Shown piece after piece: positions 26,675-38,660 of a DNA stretch of 64,000 bases (within the stretch, counting starts at the first letter, position 1; each line of letters begins with the position of its first letter). Both the position numbers and the translations under genes were made by a program. The notes under the pieces were generated by a model that searched no databases, was not told the origin of the DNA, and saw nothing but the letters and a program-made list of their open reading frames with translations. Origin of the DNA: Octopus sinensis (taxonomy: Eukaryota). Location: NCBI RefSeq assembly GCF_006345805.1, contig NC_043015.1:52514001-52578000 (forward strand). Direction: 5' to 3'.

Positions 26675-27255
26675 TTCAACACTTTAGCATTCACATTACT
26701 CTGACGAATGTAAGGCATATTTTATTTGTCAATTTCTATCTTTTACATATCTCAGTCATTCAACTGTGGCCATATTGCGGCTCTGCTTTGAAGAATTTTA
26801 GTCAAACGAATTGATTCCAGCACTTACTTTTTTTTAAAACCTGGTACTTATTCTATTTGTCCTTTTTGCTGAACTGCAAAGTTATGGGGATGTAAAGACT
26901 GCAACACCAGCTGTCAAACAGTGGTAGGGGACAAAGGCAGACAAAGATACACACACACGACAGACTTTTTACAGTCTCTGTCTATCAGATCCACTCATAA
27001 GGCTTTGGTTGGCCTGGGGCTATAATGGAAGACATTTGCCCAAAGTGCTACACAGTGGGACTGAATCTGGAACAATGCAGTTGCCAAGCAAACTTCTTAC
27101 CACACATGCATGCCAGCATCGCATTGCTCTGAGATGCTCATGTTAATTTTTAAAATGACATTATGGGAAAGGTGTGAAAGGTTGGATCTGACCAGACTGA
27201 AGATAAAATAGAATATTTGGACCAGATATGGCTGTTTAAATGCTAAAAGGATAAA
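26675..27255. mobile_element. MITE family 1 copy interrupted by a tRNA-SINE (26735-27117, minus)
   Basis: MITE left part 26675-26730 and right part ~27118-27255, with the SINE body between them. Confidence 0.65.
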
Positions 27256-27628
27256 CCCTTCAATTGCAACCTTCCTGAAGCCACCGTAATTTCATGAGAA
27301 ACTTTTCTTATATTCAATGCATTAATTTCTTTATTATCACTATCATTTTTGTACTGACTTAAATTTACACACAATGCACATTATTTCACAGAACGAAAGG
27401 CATTTTGTAAAAAAAAAAAATTTTTATAAGTCACACCAACAGATATATAATATATATATATACTCTAACAGAGAAGTAATTAAATTTTAATGCATATAAT
27501 TATTACTCATTAGATGTAAATATTATTAAATATTAGTTGATCTGAACAATTATTAGTTATGGCCTTGCTGGAGCACTATCCCACATTAATGGGTCTTCTT
27601 TTGCAATGAATATCTGATCCTTTAATGT

Positions 27629-27856
27629 TTAACCCTTTAGTGTTCGCATTATTCTGCCAAAATTAATCCTTTGTCATCCACATTGTTTTGAACTAATCAT
27701 GCATTATCTTGTAGCTATGAGATTTTGATGAGGTAGCTGTAATTTTTAAAATGATATTGTAGGGTTGGTGTGAGAGACCAGATCTGGCCAGTTTGAACAT
27801 AAAACAGGCAGAATACTTTTGGTCGGATATGGCCAGTTTAAATGCTAAAGGGTTAA
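27629..27856. mobile_element. TTAA-flanked MITE family 1 (piggyBac-like ends), full copy
   Basis: TTAACCCTTTAG...CTAAAGGGTTAA terminal inverted repeats; ~230 bp; several related copies in the window. Confidence 0.8.
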
Positions 27857-27904
27857 ACATGTAAATGTTCATGGGCAATGTCTTGGTGAAAGTTGCTGCA
27901 AGCT

Positions 27905-28210
27905 ACTCTATACGGCTCATAGCTTTTAGAAGTTGCACTACATGGCTTATATAAATTGATGGCATTTGCTCTACACAGCTTATATGGCCTTCTGAGGGTT
28001 GCCATCACAGAGGTCTTATGATCTTTGAGAGACTATTCTGCATTTATCATATAGCCTTCAGGATAATGTTACTCTAAACAGCTTATGAAACCTTTTCGAA
28101 GCTGTTCTACACCCTTCCAGAGACTGCACTACATAACATCTATAGCCACCTGGAAGCAGCTTTACGCAGTTATCACAACCTTCCAGAGGCCCACAGTACA
28201 CAGTTCACTG
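27905..28210. repeat. Degenerate ~33-bp minisatellite (~9-10 units)
   Basis: Recurring ctctacacagcttat...ccttc.agag.ctg units. Confidence 0.55.
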
Positions 28211-28360
28211 ATGTTATAGAACTCCAGGCCAGCCTTGACTGAGCAGACCTATAATAAAGGGTGCACAAGTAATGACAATTTCATCCATTTTCAGAGGTAC
28301 TGTATATATACAGAAAAATAGTAAAATAACCAAACCAAACCAAATCAAATAGATACTTAC

Positions 28361-28502
28361 ATGTTACTGGTAAGTATGGCTGTTGAAGTTGCATTGCAAG
28401 TGCCTGCTGGTAGGCCACATTGCCAGGTTGATAGACTGGGACGCCACTTTTACTATCTGCCACTGCCACACGTTTAGCATAAGGTGCACCGGTAATACCA
28501 CC
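28361..28502 (-). CDS. mbl: Muscleblind internal exon (homolog of MBNL1 exon 6)
   Basis: Acceptor tttcctcttgttggcactag|GGT, donor ACAT|gtaagt; 142 nt, phase 0/1; GGITGAPYAKRVAVADSKSGVPVYQPGNVAYQQALAMQLQQPYLPVT. Compare human GIPQAVLPPLPKRPALEK...FQYQQALANMQLQQHTAFLPP. Confidence 0.93.
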
Positions 28503-31500
28503 CTAGTGCCAACAAGAGGAAATATCAAATTAAACTTGAAATTTGGTTTTGTATTTATGAGAATACGACGAAAATAAAATAAATTAATTTTTTAAAAATT
28601 CTTTTTTTTTTTTAATTTTTTTTAATTTTATTCAAGATAAATAAGGAAAGCAGAAATTATTATAGAAGGAAGAAAAATAGAAATAAAACTTTAGAAAAAA
28701 AATTATAAAAATAAATCGTCTGGGAGACATTTAAAAAAAACTGAAAAAAGTAAATTAAAATATTTTTTTTTTGATTATTATATTTAATTTTCCTTTGTAT
28801 GATTTTATATATTTGAAATATTTTTTGACTTTACTTGTATTCTTCTTTGAAGGACAGTTGCAGGAAGGAATTAAAATTTAAAAAGTAAAAGATAAAAAAT
28901 AATAATAAATAAATAAATAAAACCCCTCTAAGATAAATTTGAAATGTCAGTAAACCACTTGTGACTTGCTGCTATGTATGGTTATATTTTATTTGAAAGC
29001 ATTTTGAATGAACCATGAAGATGAATAAATCAATAAAGAATTTAATTTTCTTTCTGTTTTCTTTTTTAATATCTTTGAGTTGCACTTGTTTCACAAGTGA
29101 CTTGATCTAAGAGAGTGTATTGAAATACAAAATAATTACACCATGGAAGAAACATTAAAACCATTTAAAACACACACACATATACTGTTAGATTCACATT
29201 ATTTTCGTGTGTGTCTGTGACAGTATTTATATACTATTAATTGTTCAATAATTTTGTTGTACATCTACGAGCAAGTTAGTCACTAACACACAATTTTGCT
29301 ATATTTCATACACTTTATTGGATAAAATACTGTTAGAAAATAAAGTGGATATAACAGTATAAGTGTGTATGTGTGTTTGTACTTTAAATGGCAAAAGCAA
29401 CTAAGACCCCCTTCCCACCATCACTTTGCAAATTGGAAAAATAAACTATGATTTTCCCTGGTTTCCTCTCCTTACTATAAATAAATAAAAAAAATTGCAA
29501 TTTGAGTGTTTGATTGTCTTTAAACCATATATAAAATATAATAACTTTAGAGAAATATTTGTGTATGTGGGAAACATCAACAAAGTCATTTTTATAGAGA
29601 TATCATATGGTTAGTGAAGAATTCTGGAGTCTCTTGAAATGCAATGTTAGAGGACTGTTAAATGGAATGCACAAATAGAGAAACTGTTGCAAGTGGAGTT
29701 TAGCCCTCATTCTTCTGAAGAACACAAAATTAAGAAAACAAAGTAGTTAAAATGAAGAGAGACAGAGAGAGAAGTGGGGAGGATGAAACTAAGAAGGAGA
29801 AAAGAAAAACAGACTAAAAATGATAGGCAAAGAAAGAAAAAAGGAATAAAAGACAAACGAAGAGAAGGTTTAAATGATTATCACACACAAGTGAGAGCCA
29901 GTATTGTCACCAGAAGTGACACTGATGTTATATTCAGTAAAACTAGTGCTGTCACACACATAAGTGAAGGCAATAATATCCAAATGAAACCAGTGTTGTC
30001 ACAGACAAGCAGAGGCAGAGTGGTTAGACACAAGTGCATGGAGAAAGAAAACTCAAAAATGAAGTTAAGACAGGCACATTTGAGTGAAGTCAATAACGGT
30101 ACACTTGAGTGAGATGGCAAAGGCACGAATGAGATATACTTGACTTATTGTCGTCATCATCATTTAGTGTTCATATTTCACGCTGGCAAGGGTCAGATGA
30201 TGTGACAGGATACTACAGGTCCAAGAACTGCAACATAGTCCAGTGTCTTGGTATGGTTTCCATGGCTGGATGCCCTTCCTAATGTTACTGAGTGAAATTT
30301 ATATATCATTTCAGTTACTGTTTACTCTGGGACATTTCAACTAACAGTTTTAATAAGAAATATTTTTGCATTCCTTTTAATTTATTTAAAATTTAATGTA
30401 TATTGATAGCTCACTGAATTTCCAACAAAAATAACATGGGTGAATCTATAACTCAATGTAGAACAAATATCACAAAAGACATTATCCATTAAACATTGGT
30501 TTCTTGTTTTCTTTGCCAACCCATAGCAGCAACACACATATAACTTGCTGGATTTTGCACAGTTTCCATTAACTAAATTACACTTCAAAGCTAGAGAAGA
30601 AAACATTTGCTGAGGCTGCTATGCAGTGGAATTGAACCAGGAACTACACTGTGAAGTAAACTTATGACCAGTTAGCAGTGTTGGTATACAATAGCTGACT
30701 GGTAGGCTGTGCTGGCATACATATAATTTATAGCTTAATAAATTAAAATGACTAACTAGGAATGAGACAGGATGGTAATAAAAGACAGCAGGGGGGGGGG
30801 GGGTAAGAAGGGAAAGAAAAAAGTATGTAGTGATGTTGAGATAAAGGTTAGTTAAGTTAATTAGCAGGTCAAATAGCTTCAGGTTAAATATTTGAGTTAA
30901 TTAATACGGGAAATTAGGACATCACAGCTGCCACTTCACTACAAAAAGAGCACAAGTTAATATATATATGCATATATATATATGCAAAGAAAATAAATAG
31001 TTTTAAAAAATTTATCCTGAAGATGATGCCTTGCTACAAGCAACAACACCAATGACCAAAAATTACACAAAAGAAAACCATTTCATCATTCCAACAGCTG
31101 TAATTTACCAGTTAATATTTAGTATTGATTTTGCAGTAGATTTCAGAATTAAAGTAACTGATGACAAATAGAGAAGCTACAAGTGGGTGTGTGTGTGAAC
31201 CACAGGAGTAATGAACAACAATGAATGTCTTTGACTGAGCATTACAAAAAAAAAAAAAAAAAGAATCTGGGAAATTGGAGGAATAATTTCCCAAATACAA
31301 CTGGTACTAATTCAATCAATGCTGGTTTGATTGCAGGACGAGTCAAGACCAGAAGAAATATGAACATAGAACATGGAGGTGTTGAAAAGGGCATGTTGCA
31401 CCACTAACTTACCAATTTTATACTTAAAAATAAAGAACAATTGATACAGAAAAGTTGGCCATAGTCATTTGGATACAACTAAGTATATTACTGGCACACA

Positions 31501-34470
31501 AACTAAAGATTCAGAAAATAAATTCTAAGGAGGTGGGCATGGATGTTGCTTCTGCCCAACAATATCCAACTGGGATTTTGAACTCAAAATCAAAAAAAGA
31601 GTCAAGGCCAATTTAATGGGCTTAGTGCAATACAGACATCTCAAGCATCTTGAAAATGGCAAATAATAATAACTGGCATTATATACTCTGCTAGCAGTCA
31701 ACTAGCTCTCACTAGCTTAAAGCAGATCATGCAAATAAGTGCAATGGAGTGGTGCTGCCCAGCATTGCAAAATTAAAAAAAATACAAGAGCACTCTGTGA
31801 ATAAAAATAAAGGTTTCAGTATTTTATTAGTGTGCAGTGCTGCATTGCAGAATCCTCTCATGATGTGCACACACAGTACAACCTTATGATAGGCTGATGG
31901 CTGGTCTAATGAGAGATAAGGCTATCCATGTGTTATCACCTTCAAACCTGTTACAGAAACAGTTAATCAGAACATGACCAAATGATGACAAGCATCAGAA
32001 AGCAGTAATGAGATACAATATTGAATGTATTTAGACACACAGAGATTCTTTCTCTCTCTAACACATGCATACACATACATACATCTATATATGCTAAGGC
32101 CCCTAAGTGGAATTTTAATCACTAGGTTAAAGTTTCTTTGTTTTCATGAATCTTTCCTTTCTGCAAATGCTAGTCTTCTATATATGCAAACATTTTCTGA
32201 GATACCAGGAAATTCCTAGTCACCTATCTCTTACAGAGGCCCTCTGTGTGTACACGAATGCATACACACACACATATATGCATGTATGTTTGCACATGTC
32301 TGTGTGTGTGCATGTAGACACATGTTTGCATGTTTGTTTACATTGGCAATTTCTGAAAAATTTGCTCAGCTACAGGTAGTGTTGTTGCTGTAATTTTCCC
32401 TACCAACAGGGATTGTCCACTAAGTGAAATAAGTGAACTCACAACAGAATATCTAACCAGATAAAGGATTAGAGTTGAGAAGGTGTCAGTTTAACAGCAA
32501 ATAAGTCACTGGTATGATGTTGCAATAAAAACTTTAACAACTCAGCAGCTTGTCTCCAGTTGTCTCTGGTGCATGCACTGCTATAGCAAAAGGCAAATAG
32601 ACTTAACTCAGGGTGGCCACTGTCTACTAGTTGTAAGTAGATATGTACTACCAGAGAGAAACAAATGTTTTAAGCTGGAACCTCTTTCTTTATTGCTCAG
32701 TTCAATTTCTCTTGCTATTAACAGAATAGTTGCTTTGACCCACTGGATGTGTGTAAATATCTTAAACTCTACCATTACATGAATTCTTGCTGTATATCTA
32801 GAGACAAGAACCAAGATTGTTATATATTAATAACCTTTGAAATATGAATAGAATTGCACACATCTGATGTTTCTGACAATAAAATGCAAATTGTATATGT
32901 ATATATTGCCCAGGTTTTCTTGAGTTAAAAGGTAAGGCACATACAAGGTGAGACAACAAGATGCACAGGTAAGCAAGATAATCAGCAATGCTAAATTCGA
33001 AAGCCTTTAACAGGACTCTTCTCTATCTGATGGTCAGATGGTTGGCTAATAAGTCACTGTGGAGTTCACCTATCCTTGTAAACAAATATTGACCAATCAC
33101 TCTACACACACCAAATTGACATCATTAAAGGGATGTTTGTTGCTGATTTAGTCATATGATTAAATGATCTACAGAAACGGGCTCTTGGAATGACACAGAG
33201 AAAATTCAATAAGTTTATGGAATTCAGGAATCTAAAGCAGTAGACAACTGGACAGTTGTTTCGACACCATAGCAGAACTTTGTAGATATTGATGATAAAG
33301 TATATCCTTGTGTGTGTGAAAAATATGATTACATAGTGATGTATATATGAAAATATATTTACAAACATAATATACATTCATATTATACATACATTATATA
33401 TATAATTTTTGTGTGTAATATATTTATATACATGTATATATGTAAATATATTTACAAACATACACACACACACATTCAAATCTTAGAAGAATGCTTCCTA
33501 GAGGCAAGAAAAAAGGTGTTGGGTGATTTTACTTAAGAAAAGGGAATATAAGTTACCACATATAGACTAACTAAAGTGCAAAATAATAAAGTAACAATAT
33601 TGATGACAATAATGATAATAATTATTAAATAACGACAACACCAACAGCAGTAGTAATAGTAATGATAGTGCTTTCCAGATTTTAAATGAAGTACCAAATA
33701 GTTTACTAACATTTCAATTAAAAGAATTCAAATATTCTTTAAAGTAAAAAAAAAAAAAAAAAAAAGCAGTTCCGAAAAAGTGGCGTTAGATTTTTGAGAA
33801 AGAAGGAAGTATAGAAAATATCCCCACCTCATCATAAAGGTTAAAAGAAAAAAAAAAAAAACAGGAAAATGTACAAAAAATTGAAAACATGCTGAATTTG
33901 TCACCCAGACGATTAAAAAAAATTAAAAAATTCAAAAGAAAAGGAAACTGCAGAAAAGAATAATAGCAAAAGATTTAAGAAAAAATATTATATATATATA
34001 TGTATATACATATATGATATTATATCATATTTAGAAATTATATACTATATTGCATTACATTGTGGAAAACATAGTCACCAGCTTCTGAATGTGTTAAAAA
34101 GAATCATATTTCTTTGTTAGGTTTAATTTAGGTTGATATATATGTACGAAGCAGACAGTATTATATTCTTTGTATTTTAAATAATGAAGATAAATTTCAA
34201 TCTATGCAGAAAATACATGCATTATATGTTTTGAGTATGTTTCAGTTTACAAATGAGAGGAAATGAGTACCTGATATAGAGGTAGAGTTTAAATATTAAT
34301 GGCAGTGCTGGGGTTAATTTCTCTGACTACAGGGTTTTGTGAATAGAGTTGTTAAATTTACAAACACATACTATATATATATATATATTTTTTCTTTCTT
34401 AATATTAATTAGCAAAACAAAACAAAAAAAAAACAGAAAGAAAAAATTGTAATAACATAACGCAGAAGCA

Positions 34471-34513
<43 letters not shown>

Positions 34514-34949
34514 CATACACATAAAGGATAAAATATTTGTTTGGTTAATTAATTTATCAAAGAGAAGAGAAAAAAATAAAACTCAAGATAGTTAAATCTA
34601 GAAATTGAAGTTGGATATGAAAATTTATATATATATATATATACATATATAAATATATATATATATATAAAGTAATAGCATATACAAGTGCTTTATTAAG
34701 AAAATAATATTAATAATAATAATATAACATATAATATAGAAAGAGTTTATGTATATATATGTGTCCTAGATAGATATTGTATAAGAAATTACAGCATTTT
34801 CTCTAATAAACATCTTGCAAAATCACATGACAATAGAATAGAAATGTAAAAATCTTAGAGGCGTGAGTTTTAAGAATTCGCAGAAATGGCCAGTTAGGCA
34901 TTCAAGGAAAAAACATGCAAAATGTGACAAACGTCCATAGAATGTGGAC

Positions 34950-34993
<44 letters not shown>

Positions 34994-35220
34994 TAATCAA
35001 ACAGTGATTATCCTCTGAAGTACATGTGTGCACGTGTGTGTGTGCATATATAGGTACGTAAGTATATGTATATATACATACATATATATATGAATGTAAA
35101 AGGAAAACTCTACATTGCTAAGTAAAGCATATTGAAGGCCAGATTTTATTGTTATTATTAACTATTATTATTTTGTCATGTGACTGTGCAAGTAATTATC
35201 ATTATATATATATAAAAAAA

Positions 35221-35265
35221 AAAAGCAGACTACAGCAACATGCAAAGCATGATGGGATATAGTAC
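35221..35265 (-). promoter_or_regulatory. Downstream intronic element of the NLS cassette (3 YGCY + UGCAUG)
   Basis: gtactatatcccatcatgctttgcatgttgctgtagtctgctttt; UGCAUG at 35244-35239. Confidence 0.6.
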
Positions 35266-35334
35266 CAGAGTAACGAGATCGTCTGCAGGCTCACGAGGTC
35301 GCTTCTTGCCCGTCAAGACCTCAACCACTTGCGG
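35266..35334 (-). CDS. mbl: Muscleblind 69-nt cassette exon carrying KKRP NLS half (positional homolog of MBNL1 54-nt exon 5)
   Basis: Acceptor catactaattag|CCG, donor CTG|gtacta; 69 nt, phase 0/0, no stop; PQVVEVLTGKKRPREPADDLVTL. Lies between the ZF3/4 exon and the next exon, like human TQSAVKSLKRPLEATFDL. Not in the ORF track. Confidence 0.87.
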
Positions 35335-35336
35335 CT

Positions 35337-35521
35337 AATTAGTATGCAGAGCACATGATGGCGTTTGGCCAATGAAATGGCAGCATGGCAGGGATGGCAG
35401 CACATGACAACAGCAAGCAGCAAGGCATGATGGGTGATGAAAATAAAAGAAAAGCACCATTGGTAAAAACGTTTCAACCAACATGCATTAAAAAAAAAAA
35501 CCATTATTTTATACCAGAAAG
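35337..35521 (-). promoter_or_regulatory. Splicing-regulatory 3' intron end: AG-exclusion zone with MBNL YGCY cluster
   Basis: No AG on the minus strand between 35337 and 35521. 12 YGCY motifs in 35350-35456, UGCAUG at 35487-35482, a U-rich tract ~110-125 nt upstream of the AG, and no polypyrimidine tract next to the AG. Confidence 0.8.
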
Positions 35522-35587
35522 CTATGACATCATGCCTTTTTTAAAAAAATTCGCCTTTTGATTTTTGTGATTCTGGGAGGGGAGATT

Positions 35588-35597
35588 ATGTGTGTGA

Positions 35598-35675
<78 letters not shown>

Positions 35676-35945
35676 CACACACACGTGCATACAGAGAGAG
35701 AAAGAGACACACAGACAGAAATGGAGGAGAAAAAGTTTGTTTGTATATACATATTCACACACACGCATACGTGTACCTGTTATGATACATAAATTCACAC
35801 AACACACACACATAACTATATATATATACATATGTGCTTGGGTATGCGCATATGCATGTGTGTGTGCATGTATGTAAGTACACTCGTACATGTGTAAATC
35901 TGAACAGGTAGAGAAAACAGAAGAGCCTATTGGAGAGAGAGATAG

Positions 35946-35990
<45 letters not shown>

Positions 35991-36300
35991 GAGGAGGAGG
36001 AGAGAAAACAAGAAAGAAAGAATAATACAGAGGGATGAAGGATTAACTTTTCTTGTTACTTTTAAGATCAGTCTCATCACACACACACACACACATACAG
36101 GTGTGGGGGTAATACCTATTGTCATACACGTTTCAGTATGATGTATACACACAAATATATAGACACACAGCTATATACATACACATATATTTATATACAA
36201 TATGCATATATAAATGCACATATACACACATATATGAATATATATATGCACATAAACACACACACATACAAACATACGTACATGGTAAAAATAAAAAAAA
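35588..36300. repeat. Compound (TG)/(TA)/(CA)/(AG) microsatellite block
   Basis: Read directly from the sequence. Confidence 0.9.
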
Positions 36301-36789
36301 AGGATACTATTTTGAAGATTGCTTAAGAATAAGAACAGAATAATTACTAATGGAGAATATTTAGTTCTGGGAGTGGAGTCAAATCAACTGACCTGTTGAA
36401 ATTTTTATGTCCTAATCAACTTGATCATGTATCTGCATTATATACATATATAGTTGATGCAGACCTTATGATCAACAATATTCCAACACTGATGATCCTT
36501 TATTTTAGGCAGAGATTACTTAGGACTATGGCAAGCAATTCTTTTAAAACAACAAGTATTACATCTGTAGATTTTGTTGTTATTTCTACTTTGACAAGTT
36601 TTCATATAGAAAAGGCATAGACAACCTTTTATAAAAAGTGGGCTGCATGAGATGGATCTCATCACCAGGAAAATAATTCCTTTGTTAGGCATGACATTCA
36701 GAAAGTCCCGCTAGCCAGACTGACAAAGTGGTTTACATTTTACACACGTTTGTTTGCATGTATGTATGAAATGGTGCCATGTAAAATGC

Positions 36790-36940
36790 ATCCAGTACAC
36801 TCTGGTTGGAATTGGGAAGGGTATCTGGTCATTGAAACCATACCAAAATAGACAACTGGAGCCTGGTGGAACCTGCCAACTGGCCAGCTCCTGTCAGACC
36901 AGACAACCCATGCCAGTATGGAAAATGGAAATTAAATGAT
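36790..36940 (+). repeat. RTE-type 3' tail repeat; copies at ~14620-14735(+), ~30155-30285(-) and ~20960-21030(-)
   Basis: ggttgg...ggaaggg.atc...aaaccat.ccaaa...ctggagc...aacccatgccag.atggaa...ttaaatgat. Confidence 0.55.
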
Positions 36941-36963
36941 ACATATGTGTGTTTGTGTGTATA

Positions 36964-37025
<62 letters not shown>

Positions 37026-38389
37026 AACACATGCATGTATATAGTATATACAATTGCTTTGGTTTATTTCTATTGAAAATAAACACAAAAAAAAAAACAC
37101 AGGAAATACTACAATCATCACAATCTATATAAATTCTACAATGCATAAATGCAGAGTAGATATTAAAAAAAAAACAACGATAAAAATAAGGGAAAAGATA
37201 GGAAATCAATGATTTTACTGCAGTTAATTTAGTTCCATTTACTTTAGAATTTGTCAGACTTTTTAACAATTTCTATAGAGAAAGTAATGAGACTAGCTTT
37301 GCCACAATTATAGTTTTTAAATACAAATACTCATGCTACATCATATATCTTTATGCACACACACACATATTTATATGTTGAATATAGACCAGTCTGGGAC
37401 AAAAATTTACGAGTAGACTATCAACTTTTAATGTAATAAAATACATGCATGTGCACATACATAATAGATGTCTACACCAACACTTATAAATCCCAACAAA
37501 ACTGGGCAAACAGATCAGTCATACTGTGAAATTCATCCAAACTAGAAATATGTTCAGTACTGTTTGGAAGTGTTTACCTTCCAAAATCTTTTGCTAACCA
37601 ATCTACCCACAAAATAAAATTGCCTAGGAAAACAATAAAAATAATTTCCAATAACAAATTATGACTACACGTTTGCATGTGTTTTATTTATATAAATATA
37701 AACACACACATTACTATTTATACTATACAGTATTATAGATCCATTTCAGCTGATTAATAAAACTGGCTGAAATGGATTTACAATTCTGTCTAGAATATTT
37801 TTTTTTTATTCCTGAACTGTAGAAGTAACAAATGACTCAAGGGCAGAGAATTTTGTGCGTTGGCACTTATCAGACTGGTTTCAAATCAATGGCTCATAAA
37901 TTCATACACCTGTATAAATAACTAAACCTAATACTGTCTAGTATAAAAATTTATATACCTGTCTTATTGCCAAATATACAAGTGATTGATTTGACTGTCT
38001 TCTGGATTTTTAAACAACTATGACTAACTATATCCATACATATATATATGTATTATATACATACACACACACATACTCATATACAAACACATCCATATAC
38101 ACCTTCACACAATATATATCTATCAATCATTGATAACCTAATTAGAAAATACTGAATTTAAGTTCCTCTTTTTTCAATTATTATCCTTATTTTGATTTTG
38201 AGTGAGAAAATATGAGGGGAGCTTAAGAAAAAGTTTTTAAAACATGGGGAACTTGCGAGACGAGAGACAGATTGGGAAGAAAGCTAAAAATCTTTAAATT
38301 TCAGTAAAAGAGGAACAGAAAACTAGATCTGTTTTGGTAAAATATAAGAGAAATATCGAAATCTGTTTAGCTTTATTTGCTATTTTATA

Positions 38390-38660
38390 ACTAGACAGAG
38401 TGACAGGGACACAGGCAGACAGCCAGATATAGACAGAAAGACAAACAGAGGCAGACAAACAGACAGGCAGCCCAACAGACAGACATAAAAAGACAGACAG
38501 ACAAATAGACAGACACAGACAGGCAGACAGACACACAGAGAAGCAGACAGACAAACAAGTAGAATGTTAAACAGACATATAGACAGGCAAACAAACAGAT
38601 AGACAAAAATACAGACATGGAGACAGAGACACAGACAGATAGACAAAGAGACAGGTAGAC
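38390..38660. repeat. Degenerate (CAGA/CAGG)n tetranucleotide tract
   Basis: Read directly from the sequence. Confidence 0.85.

Noticed and set aside
28281-28360. CKYLFDLVWFGY... tail of ORF 28281-28469
   Set aside because: Read-through of a perfect gtaagt donor; an intron-retention isoform is possible but unsupported.
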